A stretch of DNA of 64,000 bases from an uncultured Candidatus Saccharibacteria bacterium (GCA_963515485.1 CAUPWD010000004.1:9716-73715), one strand, 5' to 3'; shown: positions 35,234 through 45,713, counted from the first letter of the stretch. Translations and numbers: made by a program. Notes: generated by a model from the sequence alone, not told the origin.

Positions 35234-37390
35234 ATGAGCCAAACAGAAAAATCCAAAAAACCAGTTATTGTTGCCCAAATTATGGGTAAATGGATTGGCG
35301 GCGGCGTCGAATCTGTGATTATGAATTACTATCGTCACCTCGATCACACCAAAGTCCAATTTGATTTTATCTGTGACGAAGATTCTACTCGCATCCCATA
35401 TGACGAAATTAAAAAATTCGGTGGTCGCGTCTTCCTGGTGCCAAAATACCAAAAACTACCTCAGTATCTCAAGGCTCTCGAAGATTTATTCCGCAAAAAC
35501 CAATATCGCATCGTTCACTCCAACGTAAATACTCTCTCAGTTTTTCCACTTTACGCCGCGAAAAAAGCTGGGGTACCTATTCGCATTTCTCACAGTCATT
35601 CCACCAGTAACGCTCGCGAATGGAAACGCAATATTATCAAAAATATTTTACGTCCATTTAGCAAAAAATACGCCACAGATTATTTTGCTTGCTCCGAACT
35701 AGCAGGACGCTATCTTTTTGGCAATAAAACTTTCGACCAGGGTAAAGTAAAAATCATCCATAATGCCATCGATCTCGATAAATTCAAGTTTGATCCAGAA
35801 GCCCGCAAAAAACTTCGTAAAGAACTAGATATAAAAGAAAAAACCGTCGTTATCGGACATGTCGGACGTTTCGTCAAGCAAAAAAATCACGATTTTCTGA
35901 TTGATGTATTTAAGGAATATCATACTAAAAACCCAGACTCTAAACTTCTCCTCATCGGCACCGGCCCACTCGAAGAAAAAACTAAAGCCAAAGTCGAAAA
36001 ACTTAATCTCTCAGATCCCGTAATATTCCTAGGTCAACGCGAAGATACCAATAAGCTTTACTCCGTGATGGATATTTTCTGCTTGCCAAGCCTATACGAA
36101 GGCTTACCAGTTGTCGGCGTAGAATCTCAATCCGCAGGACTACCGATCATTTTTTCGAATGGAGTGACACGTGAGATTATCATCTCTAAAAATGCAAAAA
36201 TAGTCGAAGCTCAAGAGGTAAAGGCTTATATTAAAAAAATAGATAAAATTATTCAAGGTAATAGACAAAGCGTTAAACAAAGAACCACCGCAACTATTAG
36301 TGAGAATATGAGTATACAAAAAGAAGCTATAAAACTTGAGAAACTATATTGTAAGCCCATAAAGATACTGCACCTCATTAGTACTAGTTTATTTTCTGGG
36401 GCTGAAAATGTTGCATGTCAAATTATTAACCTATTTAAGGATGACACCAACTACGACATGAAGTATTGTGCAGTTGTCGGAAAAAATAAACCCGCCCTGG
36501 AAATTAGAAAAATCCCAGTTTTAGAGTTAAACAAGTTTAATATTCATGATATAAAAAAGGCAATTAGCGAGTATAATCCAGATATAATTCATGCACATGA
36601 CCCAAAATCAACTATAGTATCTGTTATTGCCTCAAGGGGAAAGAAAATAATATCCCATATACATTCCAACCATCGGTATATGCGAAAAATTAGCATAAAG
36701 TCACTTATTTTTCATTTTTACATAGAAAGGATGATATCCGATATTATCTGGGTTTCCGACTCCGCATTAAACGATTATATTTTCAATAAAATAATTAATA
36801 AAAAAATTAATTCTATCATACTCCGTAATGTGGTAAATCCATATGAACTTAAAAAAATTGCTGGAAATGATAAAAATAAATATTCATTTGATCTAATATT
36901 TTTAGGCAGACTGGAAGACGTAAAAGATCCATTGCGGTTCATAAGGCTTGTTAGGCAAATCAAACAACTTAGAAATATCAAAGTCGCCATGGTCGGAGAT
37001 GGAACGATGCGTAATGAGGTAGAGCAAGAAATACACAAATATTCATTAGACAAGAATATAATGATGTTTGGAAATCAAATTAATCCATATAAAATACTAC
37101 TAAACTCAAAACTCTTGCTAATTACTTCAAAGTACGAGGGAACACCAATGAACGCCCTAGAAGCAATAGCCTGTAATATACCGGTCGTATCTACGCCAGT
37201 GGATGGACTCTTGGAAATAATAGATAAAAAATATCTATGCACCAGCGATAGAGATTTTGTAAAAGTAATTATTGGCTTACTAGAAGATCAAGAAAAAGTA
37301 AACAAGTACAAAGAGGAATTAAAACTAATAGACTCAACTATAAACAACATCGAAAACTATAAGGCTAATATAGAAAAACTTTATAATTAA
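35234..37390 (+). CDS. Tandem-domain glycosyltransferase (two complete GT1/GT4-type modules fused, 718 aa)
   Basis: There are two E-x7-E motifs (EGLPVVGVESQ at about aa 295 and EGTPMNALEAI at about aa 635). The second module begins at about KILHLISTSLFSGAEN. Confidence 0.8.
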   Translation: MSQTEKSKKPVIVAQIMGKWIGGGVESVIMNYYRHLDHTKVQFDFICDEDSTRIPYDEIKKFGGRVFLVPKYQKLPQYLKALEDLFRKNQYRIVHSNVNTLSVFPLYAAKKAGVPIRISHSHSTSNAREWKRNIIKNILRPFSKKYATDYFACSELAGRYLFGNKTFDQGKVKIIHNAIDLDKFKFDPEARKKLRKELDIKEKTVVIGHVGRFVKQKNHDFLIDVFKEYHTKNPDSKLLLIGTGPLEEKTKAKVEKLNLSDPVIFLGQREDTNKLYSVMDIFCLPSLYEGLPVVGVESQSAGLPIIFSNGVTREIIISKNAKIVEAQEVKAYIKKIDKIIQGNRQSVKQRTTATISENMSIQKEAIKLEKLYCKPIKILHLISTSLFSGAENVACQIINLFKDDTNYDMKYCAVVGKNKPALEIRKIPVLELNKFNIHDIKKAISEYNPDIIHAHDPKSTIVSVIASRGKKIISHIHSNHRYMRKISIKSLIFHFYIERMISDIIWVSDSALNDYIFNKIINKKINSIILRNVVNPYELKKIAGNDKNKYSFDLIFLGRLEDVKDPLRFIRLVRQIKQLRNIKVAMVGDGTMRNEVEQEIHKYSLDKNIMMFGNQINPYKILLNSKLLLITSKYEGTPMNALEAIACNIPVVSTPVDGLLEIIDKKYLCTSDRDFVKVIIGLLEDQEKVNKYKEELKLIDSTINNIENYKANIEKLYN

Positions 37391-37391
37391 A

Positions 37392-38507
37392 ATGGATTTA
37401 AAAATAACTGAAGAGAAGAATATTGGCAACAAACTATATTTTATAGGGATATTATTTTTGCAGATGTCTCACACTTGTATGAATATAGTATTTTTGTCGA
37501 GATATCTAGTTACTATAAAATTATTAGGTATTTTACTGCTTATATGTTATTTTGTAATTAATCTAAAGTATAAAAATATAAACAAAAATAAGGTAATTTT
37601 ATTATCTCTTGTAACCATTAGTGGATTAATAAGCTATATTTTGACCACAGACACAACTATAATCGAATTGGTTATCATGGTAATGGCTTCAATAGGATTG
37701 GACTTTAATAAGGTAGTAAAGAAAGATTTTATAGCGAAGATACTTATACTTATACTTATAGTATCCTGTTACTATTTAGGATATACAACGTCTGATTTTA
37801 CGATTCTCAGAAATGGAGAGTTAAGAAGTTCATTTGGGTTTTACCATCCAAATATTTTTGGATTATACGTAATGATATTATTCTTAGAATATATCTACAT
37901 AAAAAGGATTAAAAATATTAAACTAATCTTAGCCGCGACATTTTTAGCAGCATCAATAGATATTACAGCAAATTCAAGAAGTGCAGTTCTTGGAATAATT
38001 GTAGCAGCATTGCTTCTCGTTTGGGATAAAATTACCGCAAAAATATTATACACAAAAGTAATTTCATTTATTCTTAAAAATTTATATGTAATATTGTCAA
38101 TACTATCCATAGGATTAACAATATTGTTTATCAATAACAATGATATGGCCATATGGATTAATAAGATATTATCCGAACGGCTGCTTATACAGGCAGAATT
38201 TTTAGAAAAATATACATTAAACTTCTTTGGAAATGCAATTGACTACACAAAAACATTAGATAATGGATATATTAGATATTTATTAAATTACGGAATTTTT
38301 GCGGCCATACTTTTTGCAGCCATAAGTTATAGTAGTATTAAAAAAAGCATAAAAAATAAAAATCTATATATTACAATATATATGTTAATTTTTCTAATCT
38401 ATATGATGAGCGAACAATCGATATTCTACATATACTTCAATATATTTCTTCTTTACGCTTTTACGGAACCTGACAATAAAAATAAGGGAATAGAAACTAA
38501 TGCCTAA
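37392..38507 (+). CDS. Wzy-like polysaccharide polymerase / O-antigen ligase-family membrane protein
   Basis: 371 aa with about 10 TM segments, very AT-rich. The position in a wzx/wzy-type locus fits. The family call is by context. Confidence 0.55.
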   Translation: MDLKITEEKNIGNKLYFIGILFLQMSHTCMNIVFLSRYLVTIKLLGILLLICYFVINLKYKNINKNKVILLSLVTISGLISYILTTDTTIIELVIMVMASIGLDFNKVVKKDFIAKILILILIVSCYYLGYTTSDFTILRNGELRSSFGFYHPNIFGLYVMILFLEYIYIKRIKNIKLILAATFLAASIDITANSRSAVLGIIVAALLLVWDKITAKILYTKVISFILKNLYVILSILSIGLTILFINNNDMAIWINKILSERLLIQAEFLEKYTLNFFGNAIDYTKTLDNGYIRYLLNYGIFAAILFAAISYSSIKKSIKNKNLYITIYMLIFLIYMMSEQSIFYIYFNIFLLYAFTEPDNKNKGIETNA

Positions 38508-38806
38508 AATATCTATAATTATCCCAGCATATAACGCAGAAAAATACATTAATGAATGTATTGATTCTATCTTGAAAAATAGTAAGGAATCTTTGAATCA
38601 AACTGAAATCATCGTTATTAATGATGGGTCTACCGATCGTACTTTAAAAAAACTTGAGAAATATAAAGAGAATAACATCATACATGTATATACAACAAAA
38701 AATCAAGGAGTTTCCGCTGCACGTAATTATGGCATAAAGCTTGCAAAGGGAGACTGGATCACTTTTATTGATGCGGATGATAAAGTAACTGAAGGATTTG
38801 TTGATC
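38500..38806 (+). repeat. 307-nt segment identical to 39449-39755
   Basis: By eye the nucleotide sequence is identical from the ATG to GTTGATC. Confidence 0.9.
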
Positions 38807-39456
38807 AAAATATAAATGAACTTAACAATAGTGCACTTATAAAGACAACGATATCGACCAACAATTACAATAACCAAATCAAAGACAAAACTACTATCTC
38901 CATTCAACATCTTTTATCAAAATTAACCTACGGGGAAATGCCTGCCTTTATCTTCTCATACTTCTTTAAAAAAGACATCGTAAAACAAATACATTTTAAT
39001 AAAAACATTCACTTCATGGAAGATTCACTATTTTTGATTGAATACCTAAACAAAACAAAAGAAAAATATAATGTAGAAACAAATCTAGCATCTTATTTAT
39101 ATAATAATAACCAATGTTCTGCATCAAATAATTCAAAAAATATAATAAGAAATATTTTGGACGCAGAACAAGTTTTTCTATTAAGATTCAAAGACCAGAA
39201 TATTGATAGACGAAGAGCACAAGCTTATAAACTAAAAATATATGAAAATCAAATATCAAAGATAGATAATCAAACTGATTTTATTAATCTAAAAACCAAT
39301 AAAGATATTAAACTATTATTCCAAAAAGAAATTAAGAATAATAAAACTACACTTTTTTGGAAAGTATATCTCGTGTCAATTTTAAAAATACCCTACATGA
39401 TGTTTAATCTATATAAAATAATGAGAAATCTTATAAAAGAATTAAAGCATGCCTAA
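38500..39456 (+). CDS. GT2-family glycosyltransferase
   Basis: ISIIIPAYNAEKYI...VINDGSTD...FIDADD motifs (DxD). Confidence 0.88.
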   Translation: MPKISIIIPAYNAEKYINECIDSILKNSKESLNQTEIIVINDGSTDRTLKKLEKYKENNIIHVYTTKNQGVSAARNYGIKLAKGDWITFIDADDKVTEGFVDQNINELNNSALIKTTISTNNYNNQIKDKTTISIQHLLSKLTYGEMPAFIFSYFFKKDIVKQIHFNKNIHFMEDSLFLIEYLNKTKEKYNVETNLASYLYNNNQCSASNNSKNIIRNILDAEQVFLLRFKDQNIDRRRAQAYKLKIYENQISKIDNQTDFINLKTNKDIKLLFQKEIKNNKTTLFWKVYLVSILKIPYMMFNLYKIMRNLIKELKHA

Positions 39457-39755
39457 AATATCTATAATTATCCCAGCATATAACGCAGAAAAATACATTA
39501 ATGAATGTATTGATTCTATCTTGAAAAATAGTAAGGAATCTTTGAATCAAACTGAAATCATCGTTATTAATGATGGGTCTACCGATCGTACTTTAAAAAA
39601 ACTTGAGAAATATAAAGAGAATAACATCATACATGTATATACAACAAAAAATCAAGGAGTTTCCGCTGCACGTAATTATGGCATAAAGCTTGCAAAGGGA
39701 GACTGGATCACTTTTATTGATGCGGATGATAAAGTAACTGAAGGATTTGTTGATC
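39449..39755 (+). repeat. 307-nt segment identical to 38500-38806
   Basis: By eye the nucleotide sequence is identical from the ATG to GTTGATC. Confidence 0.9.
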
Positions 39756-40420
39756 TACTAAGATTGAATACAAATAAAGAAACATCCCTTGTTATATTGA
39801 ACTATCAAGAAGGTATTATCTTAGATAAAAAAGACCTGATCAGAAAAACTCTTTCTACGCAAAATTTTCTTGCCGCACCATTTCTTAAGCTTTATTCGAC
39901 AAACTTTTTGAAAAAAAATCAAATCTTATTTGACACCAAAATTATTATTGGCGAAGATTTATTGTTTAATCTTTCTGTTATCCTTAGAAGTAAAAAAATA
40001 GAAGCCACTAATATAAAGTATTACCTCTATAGACAAAACAACGCTTCAGCAACTAAAACTTTTAATCCAAGGTTAATCGAATCAGATAAAAATTTCTATA
40101 TACATTTAACCCAATTATTTAATTCTCAAAAACATAACCAGGAACTATATAATAGGCTTATAAATTGCGAAAAAAGTAAAGCTATATTATCATTAATTAC
40201 GAGAATCTCTTTTGTCGATAGTTTTAATGAAGCAAAAATCCAATATCAAAATATCGATATATTTTTCTACAAACCAAAATATAGTTATTTAACTACAACA
40301 CAAAAGATGATTTTATACCTGCTGTTGAATAAATTATATTTTTCACTATTTATAATCATGAAATTTAGAACATCTATCGGAAAAATGAGAAATAAAAAAG
40401 AAAGGTTCATTAAACTATGA
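39449..40420 (+). CDS. GT2-family glycosyltransferase (paralog)
   Basis: The N-terminal 102 aa are the same as in the preceding gene. The C-terminal part is divergent. Confidence 0.88.
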   Translation: MPKISIIIPAYNAEKYINECIDSILKNSKESLNQTEIIVINDGSTDRTLKKLEKYKENNIIHVYTTKNQGVSAARNYGIKLAKGDWITFIDADDKVTEGFVDLLRLNTNKETSLVILNYQEGIILDKKDLIRKTLSTQNFLAAPFLKLYSTNFLKKNQILFDTKIIIGEDLLFNLSVILRSKKIEATNIKYYLYRQNNASATKTFNPRLIESDKNFYIHLTQLFNSQKHNQELYNRLINCEKSKAILSLITRISFVDSFNEAKIQYQNIDIFFYKPKYSYLTTTQKMILYLLLNKLYFSLFIIMKFRTSIGKMRNKKERFIKL

Positions 40421-41571
40421 AGAATAACAAAATAGGAATCATTACATTCCATAATTCAAACAACTGTGGTTCAATGCTAGAATCTTTTGCTATGAACCGA
40501 ATCGTAGACTCCATAGGATTTGATTCGGAAATTATCAACTATAGTTCAGAAGGACAGCAACAATTATATAAATCTTTATTTCCATGGAATAGTCTAAAAA
40601 ATTTTATTAAAAACATTCTTTTATTGCCACATAAAAAGCGACTAGATTGTAACAATAGAAAATATCAAGAATTTAAACGAAAATATATGAGTTTAAACTC
40701 TCAACAGATTCAAACCGAAGAACAAGTTCGTAAACTAAAATATGATGCAGTAATCGCAGGCAGCGATCAAATATGGAATGTGACGATTGAAGACTACAAT
40801 GATGTGTATTTTTTGCCATGGGTTCAGGATGGATTAAGGATAGCTTATGCGCCAAGTTTTGGAGCAAAAAATCCTTCTAAGTATGATTCAAAAAGAATCA
40901 CGGAATACAGTGATTTCCTAAATAGATTCGATGCTTTATCGATTAGAGAAAATAATGGACAGAAATGGATTAAGGAAATTAGTGGGAGAGACGCTAAGAT
41001 TGTCCTAGACCCAACTTTACTATTGACTATAGACGAGTATCGAAGGCTGGAACGTAAAAATATGAAGTTACCAGAAAAATATATCTTTTTCTATAGTCCA
41101 AGCTTTGATTTAGGTATCTGCGAATTCGTCAAACAGGTAAGCAAAAAATACAACCTTCCAGTAATTACTTGGAGCGCTAAGCCATTTTATGTAAAAAATG
41201 TTTGGAGGTATGGATTTAAATTACCAGATTATGAAGATCCGTCCACCTATTTAACTTTAATCAAAAATGCAACATTGGTATTTACAACTTCTTTTCATGG
41301 AACAATTTTCTCAAGTTTATATCACAAAAAATTCTTTGTTCTTAAAAACGGCGGAATGTATGGCAATGATGATCGTGTGATTACCCTAGTAGATAAATTA
41401 AAGCTGGGTAAACACCTCATTGGGTATGATTTTAAAAAAGAATTTAATTATCTAGCTGAAACTGATTATTCTGAATTCGATATGACATTAGAAGTCGAGA
41501 AGAAAAAATCTCTAGATTTTTTGAAGAATAGCTTGTCTCATTTAAAGGGGAAAAATGAAAAATCTAAGTAA
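40417..41571 (+). CDS. Polysaccharide pyruvyl transferase family protein
   Basis: The IGIITFHNSNNCGSMLESFAM N-terminus and later SFHGTIFS are typical of this family. Confidence 0.7.
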   Translation: MKNNKIGIITFHNSNNCGSMLESFAMNRIVDSIGFDSEIINYSSEGQQQLYKSLFPWNSLKNFIKNILLLPHKKRLDCNNRKYQEFKRKYMSLNSQQIQTEEQVRKLKYDAVIAGSDQIWNVTIEDYNDVYFLPWVQDGLRIAYAPSFGAKNPSKYDSKRITEYSDFLNRFDALSIRENNGQKWIKEISGRDAKIVLDPTLLLTIDEYRRLERKNMKLPEKYIFFYSPSFDLGICEFVKQVSKKYNLPVITWSAKPFYVKNVWRYGFKLPDYEDPSTYLTLIKNATLVFTTSFHGTIFSSLYHKKFFVLKNGGMYGNDDRVITLVDKLKLGKHLIGYDFKKEFNYLAETDYSEFDMTLEVEKKKSLDFLKNSLSHLKGKNEKSK

Positions 41572-42994
41572 AAATCTTATATATAATATAATCTACCAGG
41601 TATTGTTATATATTATTCCATTTATATTAACTCCATATCTTTCTCGCACTCTTGGTGTAACACAGATTGGTGAATATTCTTATACATATTCAATCGTTTA
41701 TTATTTTATGCTATTCACTCTTTTAGGAATAAACAACTATGGCGTAAGAAAAATATCAAAGACAAAACGCAAAAAAGACATACTAGGAGAAACATTCTCT
41801 TCTATATATGGCCTACAATTATTTCTTGGCCTAATTTCGTTAATTGTATATAACTTAGTATCAGTCGTCTTTTTAAGTACTCACTATACTATATTATTAA
41901 TACATAATTTATTTCTAATTTCCGCAATAGTTGACATTAACTGGTTTTTCTTTGGTATCGAAAAATTTAACATCACAGTTACTAGAAACGCAGTAATTAA
42001 AATAATATCGACACTTCTAATCTTTGTGTTGGTAAAAAATCCAGATTCTATCCTGACCTATACCATGATTATGGCCGGAAGTACGTTACTGAGTCAATTA
42101 TACTTAGTTGCCATACTGCATAAATATATAGTTTTTCGTCCTCTAAATATTTTTAAATCGATAAAGCTTCACTTTATAAAATGCCTAGTATTATTCATTC
42201 CAGTTATTGCTTACAGTGTTTATCGAGTTATGGACAAAACAATGATTGGTGGTATTGTTTCTACTACTGAGCTTGGATATTATGAGAATGCTGAGAAGAT
42301 AATTAATATCCCAATTGGAATTCTCACGGCAATCGGAACGGTTATGCTCCCGTTTATATCTAAGCAAACTGAAAAAAATCAGTCAACTATGAATGATAAA
42401 AAAAATGGCGTTCTATACAGGATGTTTCAGGTATGTTTTATGATCATGTTTCCGATGGCGTTTATATTGTTTGCAATAGCAAAAGATTTTACTTCTATAT
42501 ATTTTGGTCCTGGTTTTGAAAAAAGTGGTGATATTCTTATGTTACTCTCCTCCACAATTATTTTCGCCACAGTTGCTAATGTAATCCGGACAAACTATCT
42601 AATTCCTAATGAGAAAGATAGAATCTATGTTTCCTCGACGATTGTAGGAGCAGTTGTGAATTTGATTCTAAATCTAATCTTTATAAAAAGCTTTGGGGCA
42701 ATTGGTGCTTGTATTGGGACAATTGCCGCAGAGGCTTCAGTAATGTTTTACCAAATTATCGCCACTAAAGATAACATTAATTATAAAAAAGTTTTTCTAT
42801 CAATTTTTGCGCTAATAATTAAATGCGTAGTGACCACATCGATTTGTATAGTATCAGTAAGTTTGCTTAAAGCTCAAGGGATTCTTAAAATTATCCTCGA
42901 ACTGAGCCTATTTGCTGCTCTGTATCTATTGATTAATATTAAACTGTTGAAAAAAATAATAAACAGAGGAGAAGATAATATTTGGGAGATATGA
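41555..42994 (+). CDS. Wzx-type polysaccharide flippase (MOP superfamily)
   Basis: 479 aa with about 12-14 TM segments. N-terminal NIIYQVLLYIIPFILTPYLSRTLG is typical of polysaccharide biosynthesis (PST) proteins. Confidence 0.75.
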   Translation: MKNLSKNLIYNIIYQVLLYIIPFILTPYLSRTLGVTQIGEYSYTYSIVYYFMLFTLLGINNYGVRKISKTKRKKDILGETFSSIYGLQLFLGLISLIVYNLVSVVFLSTHYTILLIHNLFLISAIVDINWFFFGIEKFNITVTRNAVIKIISTLLIFVLVKNPDSILTYTMIMAGSTLLSQLYLVAILHKYIVFRPLNIFKSIKLHFIKCLVLFIPVIAYSVYRVMDKTMIGGIVSTTELGYYENAEKIINIPIGILTAIGTVMLPFISKQTEKNQSTMNDKKNGVLYRMFQVCFMIMFPMAFILFAIAKDFTSIYFGPGFEKSGDILMLLSSTIIFATVANVIRTNYLIPNEKDRIYVSSTIVGAVVNLILNLIFIKSFGAIGACIGTIAAEASVMFYQIIATKDNINYKKVFLSIFALIIKCVVTTSICIVSVSLLKAQGILKIILELSLFAALYLLINIKLLKKIINRGEDNIWEI

Positions 42995-44223
42995 AAATGC
43001 CAGGAGACAGTTTAATAAGAAAAAAATACGATTCAATAGACTGTATAGAAGATTTAATCCCACTAATCTCGGATTTAGATGATGGCGAGACTCCATGGCT
43101 TGAATTTAAGGCTATAAACAATCAAGAATGTAAAAAAGAGAAAGATTTTCTATTACACCAAAAATCACTTTTAGCAAAAGAAATTTGTGCTTTTTTAAAT
43201 ACATCAGATGGAATTGTTGTATGGGGAGTTGACTATTCTGTGTCTGACGGAATTAAAATCCGTAATGATTACAATGGAAACTTATATGAGGTACTAGATT
43301 CATGTATCCAAACAATAGTTGAACCAGCTCCTTCTGGAATCGATTTTAAAAGCATAGAAAAAAATAATAAAAAAGCTTTGTTGATTTTTGTACCAAAAAG
43401 TAATATGATGCCGCATCGCGTCTGGGGTGGTGCAGATAGTCAAATTAAACGCAACTATTACGTAAAATCTGGTACAAATAGTGTTGCAATAAACGAAAGC
43501 ATAGTCCGATTATTATACCGTTCCGATGGCTACGTTCCACGAATTTCAACTTTTATAGAACCTAAGTTTATATCTAGTAATCTTATGTGTCTGGAGATAT
43601 TAGCCAACCCTGATAGTATATATTATATTGATAAATACTATACCAAAGGAGAGGTAATTTTATTAGATAAAAATGGTGATCCCATATTAACTGAGTTAGA
43701 TACAAATGCATGGATTGAGATAGAGAAAAATAAACTAGTACCTACAATTGCAATATATCCATCTAATAGTCCTATCCAGCTTTATAATATGAGCGTAGAG
43801 CCAATTGACCTTTCTAATACCGGATATTTTACTCAGGGTCCGAAAAATATACGTGGATTTGTAGCTGATAATGTTCTGAATATAGAAAGGGAAGGCTTCA
43901 ATAATGTAAAATTCATTGTAACAAGGTCCTATTTTGCATGTAATAAGGTGTCAATTACTATTGATAAAAGACTTTACATTCTAAATACTTTTTCACATAT
44001 AGGATATTTAGTTGATAATGGCAGAAGCAACCTTTGCTTTGTAAGAAAAGAAATTTTTAGAAAAATAGAAAGTGACTATAATATAAAAATTTATGTTTTA
44101 AATACGTATGTTGATAATAACATTGTAAATGATTATGATTATAATGGTATAGACCCATGTAATAATGGGAAGATAAGTGTTAGCTTCATAAAATATATAC
44201 TCAATAATATTAAAGATCTATAG
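42982..44223 (+). CDS. AlbA_2 (Schlafen-type) domain protein with unknown ~280-aa C-terminal region
   Basis: ETPWLEFKAIN...ICAFLNTSDGIVVWGVD matches my recollection of the ES..LEFK / AFANT.GG...GV pattern. The start overlaps the wzx stop by 13 nt. Confidence 0.5.
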   Translation: MGDMKMPGDSLIRKKYDSIDCIEDLIPLISDLDDGETPWLEFKAINNQECKKEKDFLLHQKSLLAKEICAFLNTSDGIVVWGVDYSVSDGIKIRNDYNGNLYEVLDSCIQTIVEPAPSGIDFKSIEKNNKKALLIFVPKSNMMPHRVWGGADSQIKRNYYVKSGTNSVAINESIVRLLYRSDGYVPRISTFIEPKFISSNLMCLEILANPDSIYYIDKYYTKGEVILLDKNGDPILTELDTNAWIEIEKNKLVPTIAIYPSNSPIQLYNMSVEPIDLSNTGYFTQGPKNIRGFVADNVLNIEREGFNNVKFIVTRSYFACNKVSITIDKRLYILNTFSHIGYLVDNGRSNLCFVRKEIFRKIESDYNIKIYVLNTYVDNNIVNDYDYNGIDPCNNGKISVSFIKYILNNIKDL

Positions 44224-44244
44224 AAGTAGATAGAGTTTTTGCTG

Positions 44245-44265
44245 TACCCACAGGGGTATATTTTT
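44245..44265 (+). terminator. Intrinsic terminator
   Basis: TACCC-loop-GGGTA stem plus T5. Confidence 0.6.
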
Positions 44266-44418
44266 CTACATTTTATCAAAAGCCAAAAATTAGGTTAAAC
44301 TGGAACCACGAAATCCCAAAAAATGAAATCATTATGAATAAATAAAAAAACACTTCAACCTACAGGAATAGGAATTGTTTTTGTCTATCCAAAAAACTAC
44401 TCTCACGTATAGGTATTA

Positions 44419-45642
44419 TTATTTAGTAAGTCCGTTTAACTTTTCTGAAAAACATTGAATACCAAGAGTATTAATTACAGAAATATTCGCATTGGTCTTC
44501 GTTAGGTTATTGTTTTTTAATAATTTATTTACATTCTTCTCTAATTCTGTATCAAGAACATTTAATTTATTTTGTTCAATAGTAACAAATGAATACGCAC
44601 TACACCACCCCGATATTTTCTCTGAAATTTTAGTTACTGCTTCAAAAAAAGAAATTTTCTTTCTTTTATTTTGTCTTATTAATTCTGTTATGCTTTCTGT
44701 TATATTTCTATAAGACTCATCAGCAATATATACTTTGTCGCTCCGAAACATTATTCCTAAAAAAGTTTTATCTTGTAAAGGACCGATAACCGAGTGCTTT
44801 TCTTTAGTTTTTGAATTACCAAGTTTGTATAGTTTTAAACCTATTCCCGAAAGAAAATTGTTTGCATCATCGAAGGCCTGCCTTGCTTTATTTTCATCCG
44901 CAGTTAAAATGATAATATCATCAGCATAACGAACCATCATATAATCCTTCGATTCCATAAAAGCATCAAAGTCGGAAAGATAAATATTTGAAAAAAGAGG
45001 AGATAATACATCCCCTTGCGCTATACCATTAACATTATCAGGTGTATATTCTTTTTTTACTTTATTTTTATAATCTAATTTAGATGATGCATCAATGTCA
45101 TTAAAAATGATTTCACGAATCAATTCATTAATCGAGCAGTCTGGAAGAGGTTTTAGAACTTTTTCTAATAAATCTTGCTTATTTATATTATTAAAAAAAT
45201 GAATAATATCCGTCTTACAACAATATCTATGGCCATCTCTTCTATATTTCTGCACAGTCTTTATTGCCTTCTCAACACCACCACTAGGCATAAAAGCAAA
45301 ACTTACGTTATTATTTATATTATACATTTGATTAAAGGTCTTTACGGTCGCATTAAAAATGGACCTCTGAACGATCCTATCTTGAATGGATGAAATCTTA
45401 ATCTCTCTAAAGTCGCCTTTATTCTTAGGTATAAGATGCAATCGAAGTTTACCAAAGTGATAACTACCAGACTTTAGTTTTGCCTGAATAGTCTTTAGAT
45501 GTTCGCTTAAATTAACTTCAAAATTTTTTATTGTTACTCCGTCAGATCCATACGAATACGGATTCTTTTTTATCTCTAGCCAGGCTTTCTTAAGCGATCT
45601 CAGATTACTGATACGATTAATTAATAATGTTTTCTTACTCAT
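44419..45642 (-). CDS. Reverse transcriptase (RNA-directed DNA polymerase), stand-alone, 407 aa
   Basis: RT motifs are LIPKNKGDFREIKISSIQDRIVQRS (1/2), GIAQGDVLSPLFSNIYL (4), VRYADDIIIL (5, YADD) and LKLYKL...FLGIMF (6/7). I see no endonuclease or other fused domain. Confidence 0.85.
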   Translation of the reverse strand: MSKKTLLINRISNLRSLKKAWLEIKKNPYSYGSDGVTIKNFEVNLSEHLKTIQAKLKSGSYHFGKLRLHLIPKNKGDFREIKISSIQDRIVQRSIFNATVKTFNQMYNINNNVSFAFMPSGGVEKAIKTVQKYRRDGHRYCCKTDIIHFFNNINKQDLLEKVLKPLPDCSINELIREIIFNDIDASSKLDYKNKVKKEYTPDNVNGIAQGDVLSPLFSNIYLSDFDAFMESKDYMMVRYADDIIILTADENKARQAFDDANNFLSGIGLKLYKLGNSKTKEKHSVIGPLQDKTFLGIMFRSDKVYIADESYRNITESITELIRQNKRKKISFFEAVTKISEKISGWCSAYSFVTIEQNKLNVLDTELEKNVNKLLKNNNLTKTNANISVINTLGIQCFSEKLNGLTK

Positions 45643-45713
45643 GATAAAAATTCTTTCTGTTTGACCCTCAAGCTAGAAAAAACGTTTTTCTAGGCACCAT
45701 CAAAAGAAGGGGG

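Noticed and set aside
2783-44265. The shared terminator stem ATACCCC...GGGGTAT (2783, 10387, 25021 variant, 32681 variant, 44245) as a dispersed mobile or REP-like element.
   Set aside because: Similarity is limited to 5-8 bp of GC-rich stem plus a T run. This is expected for convergent intrinsic terminators in an AT-rich genome, and the flanks share no similarity.
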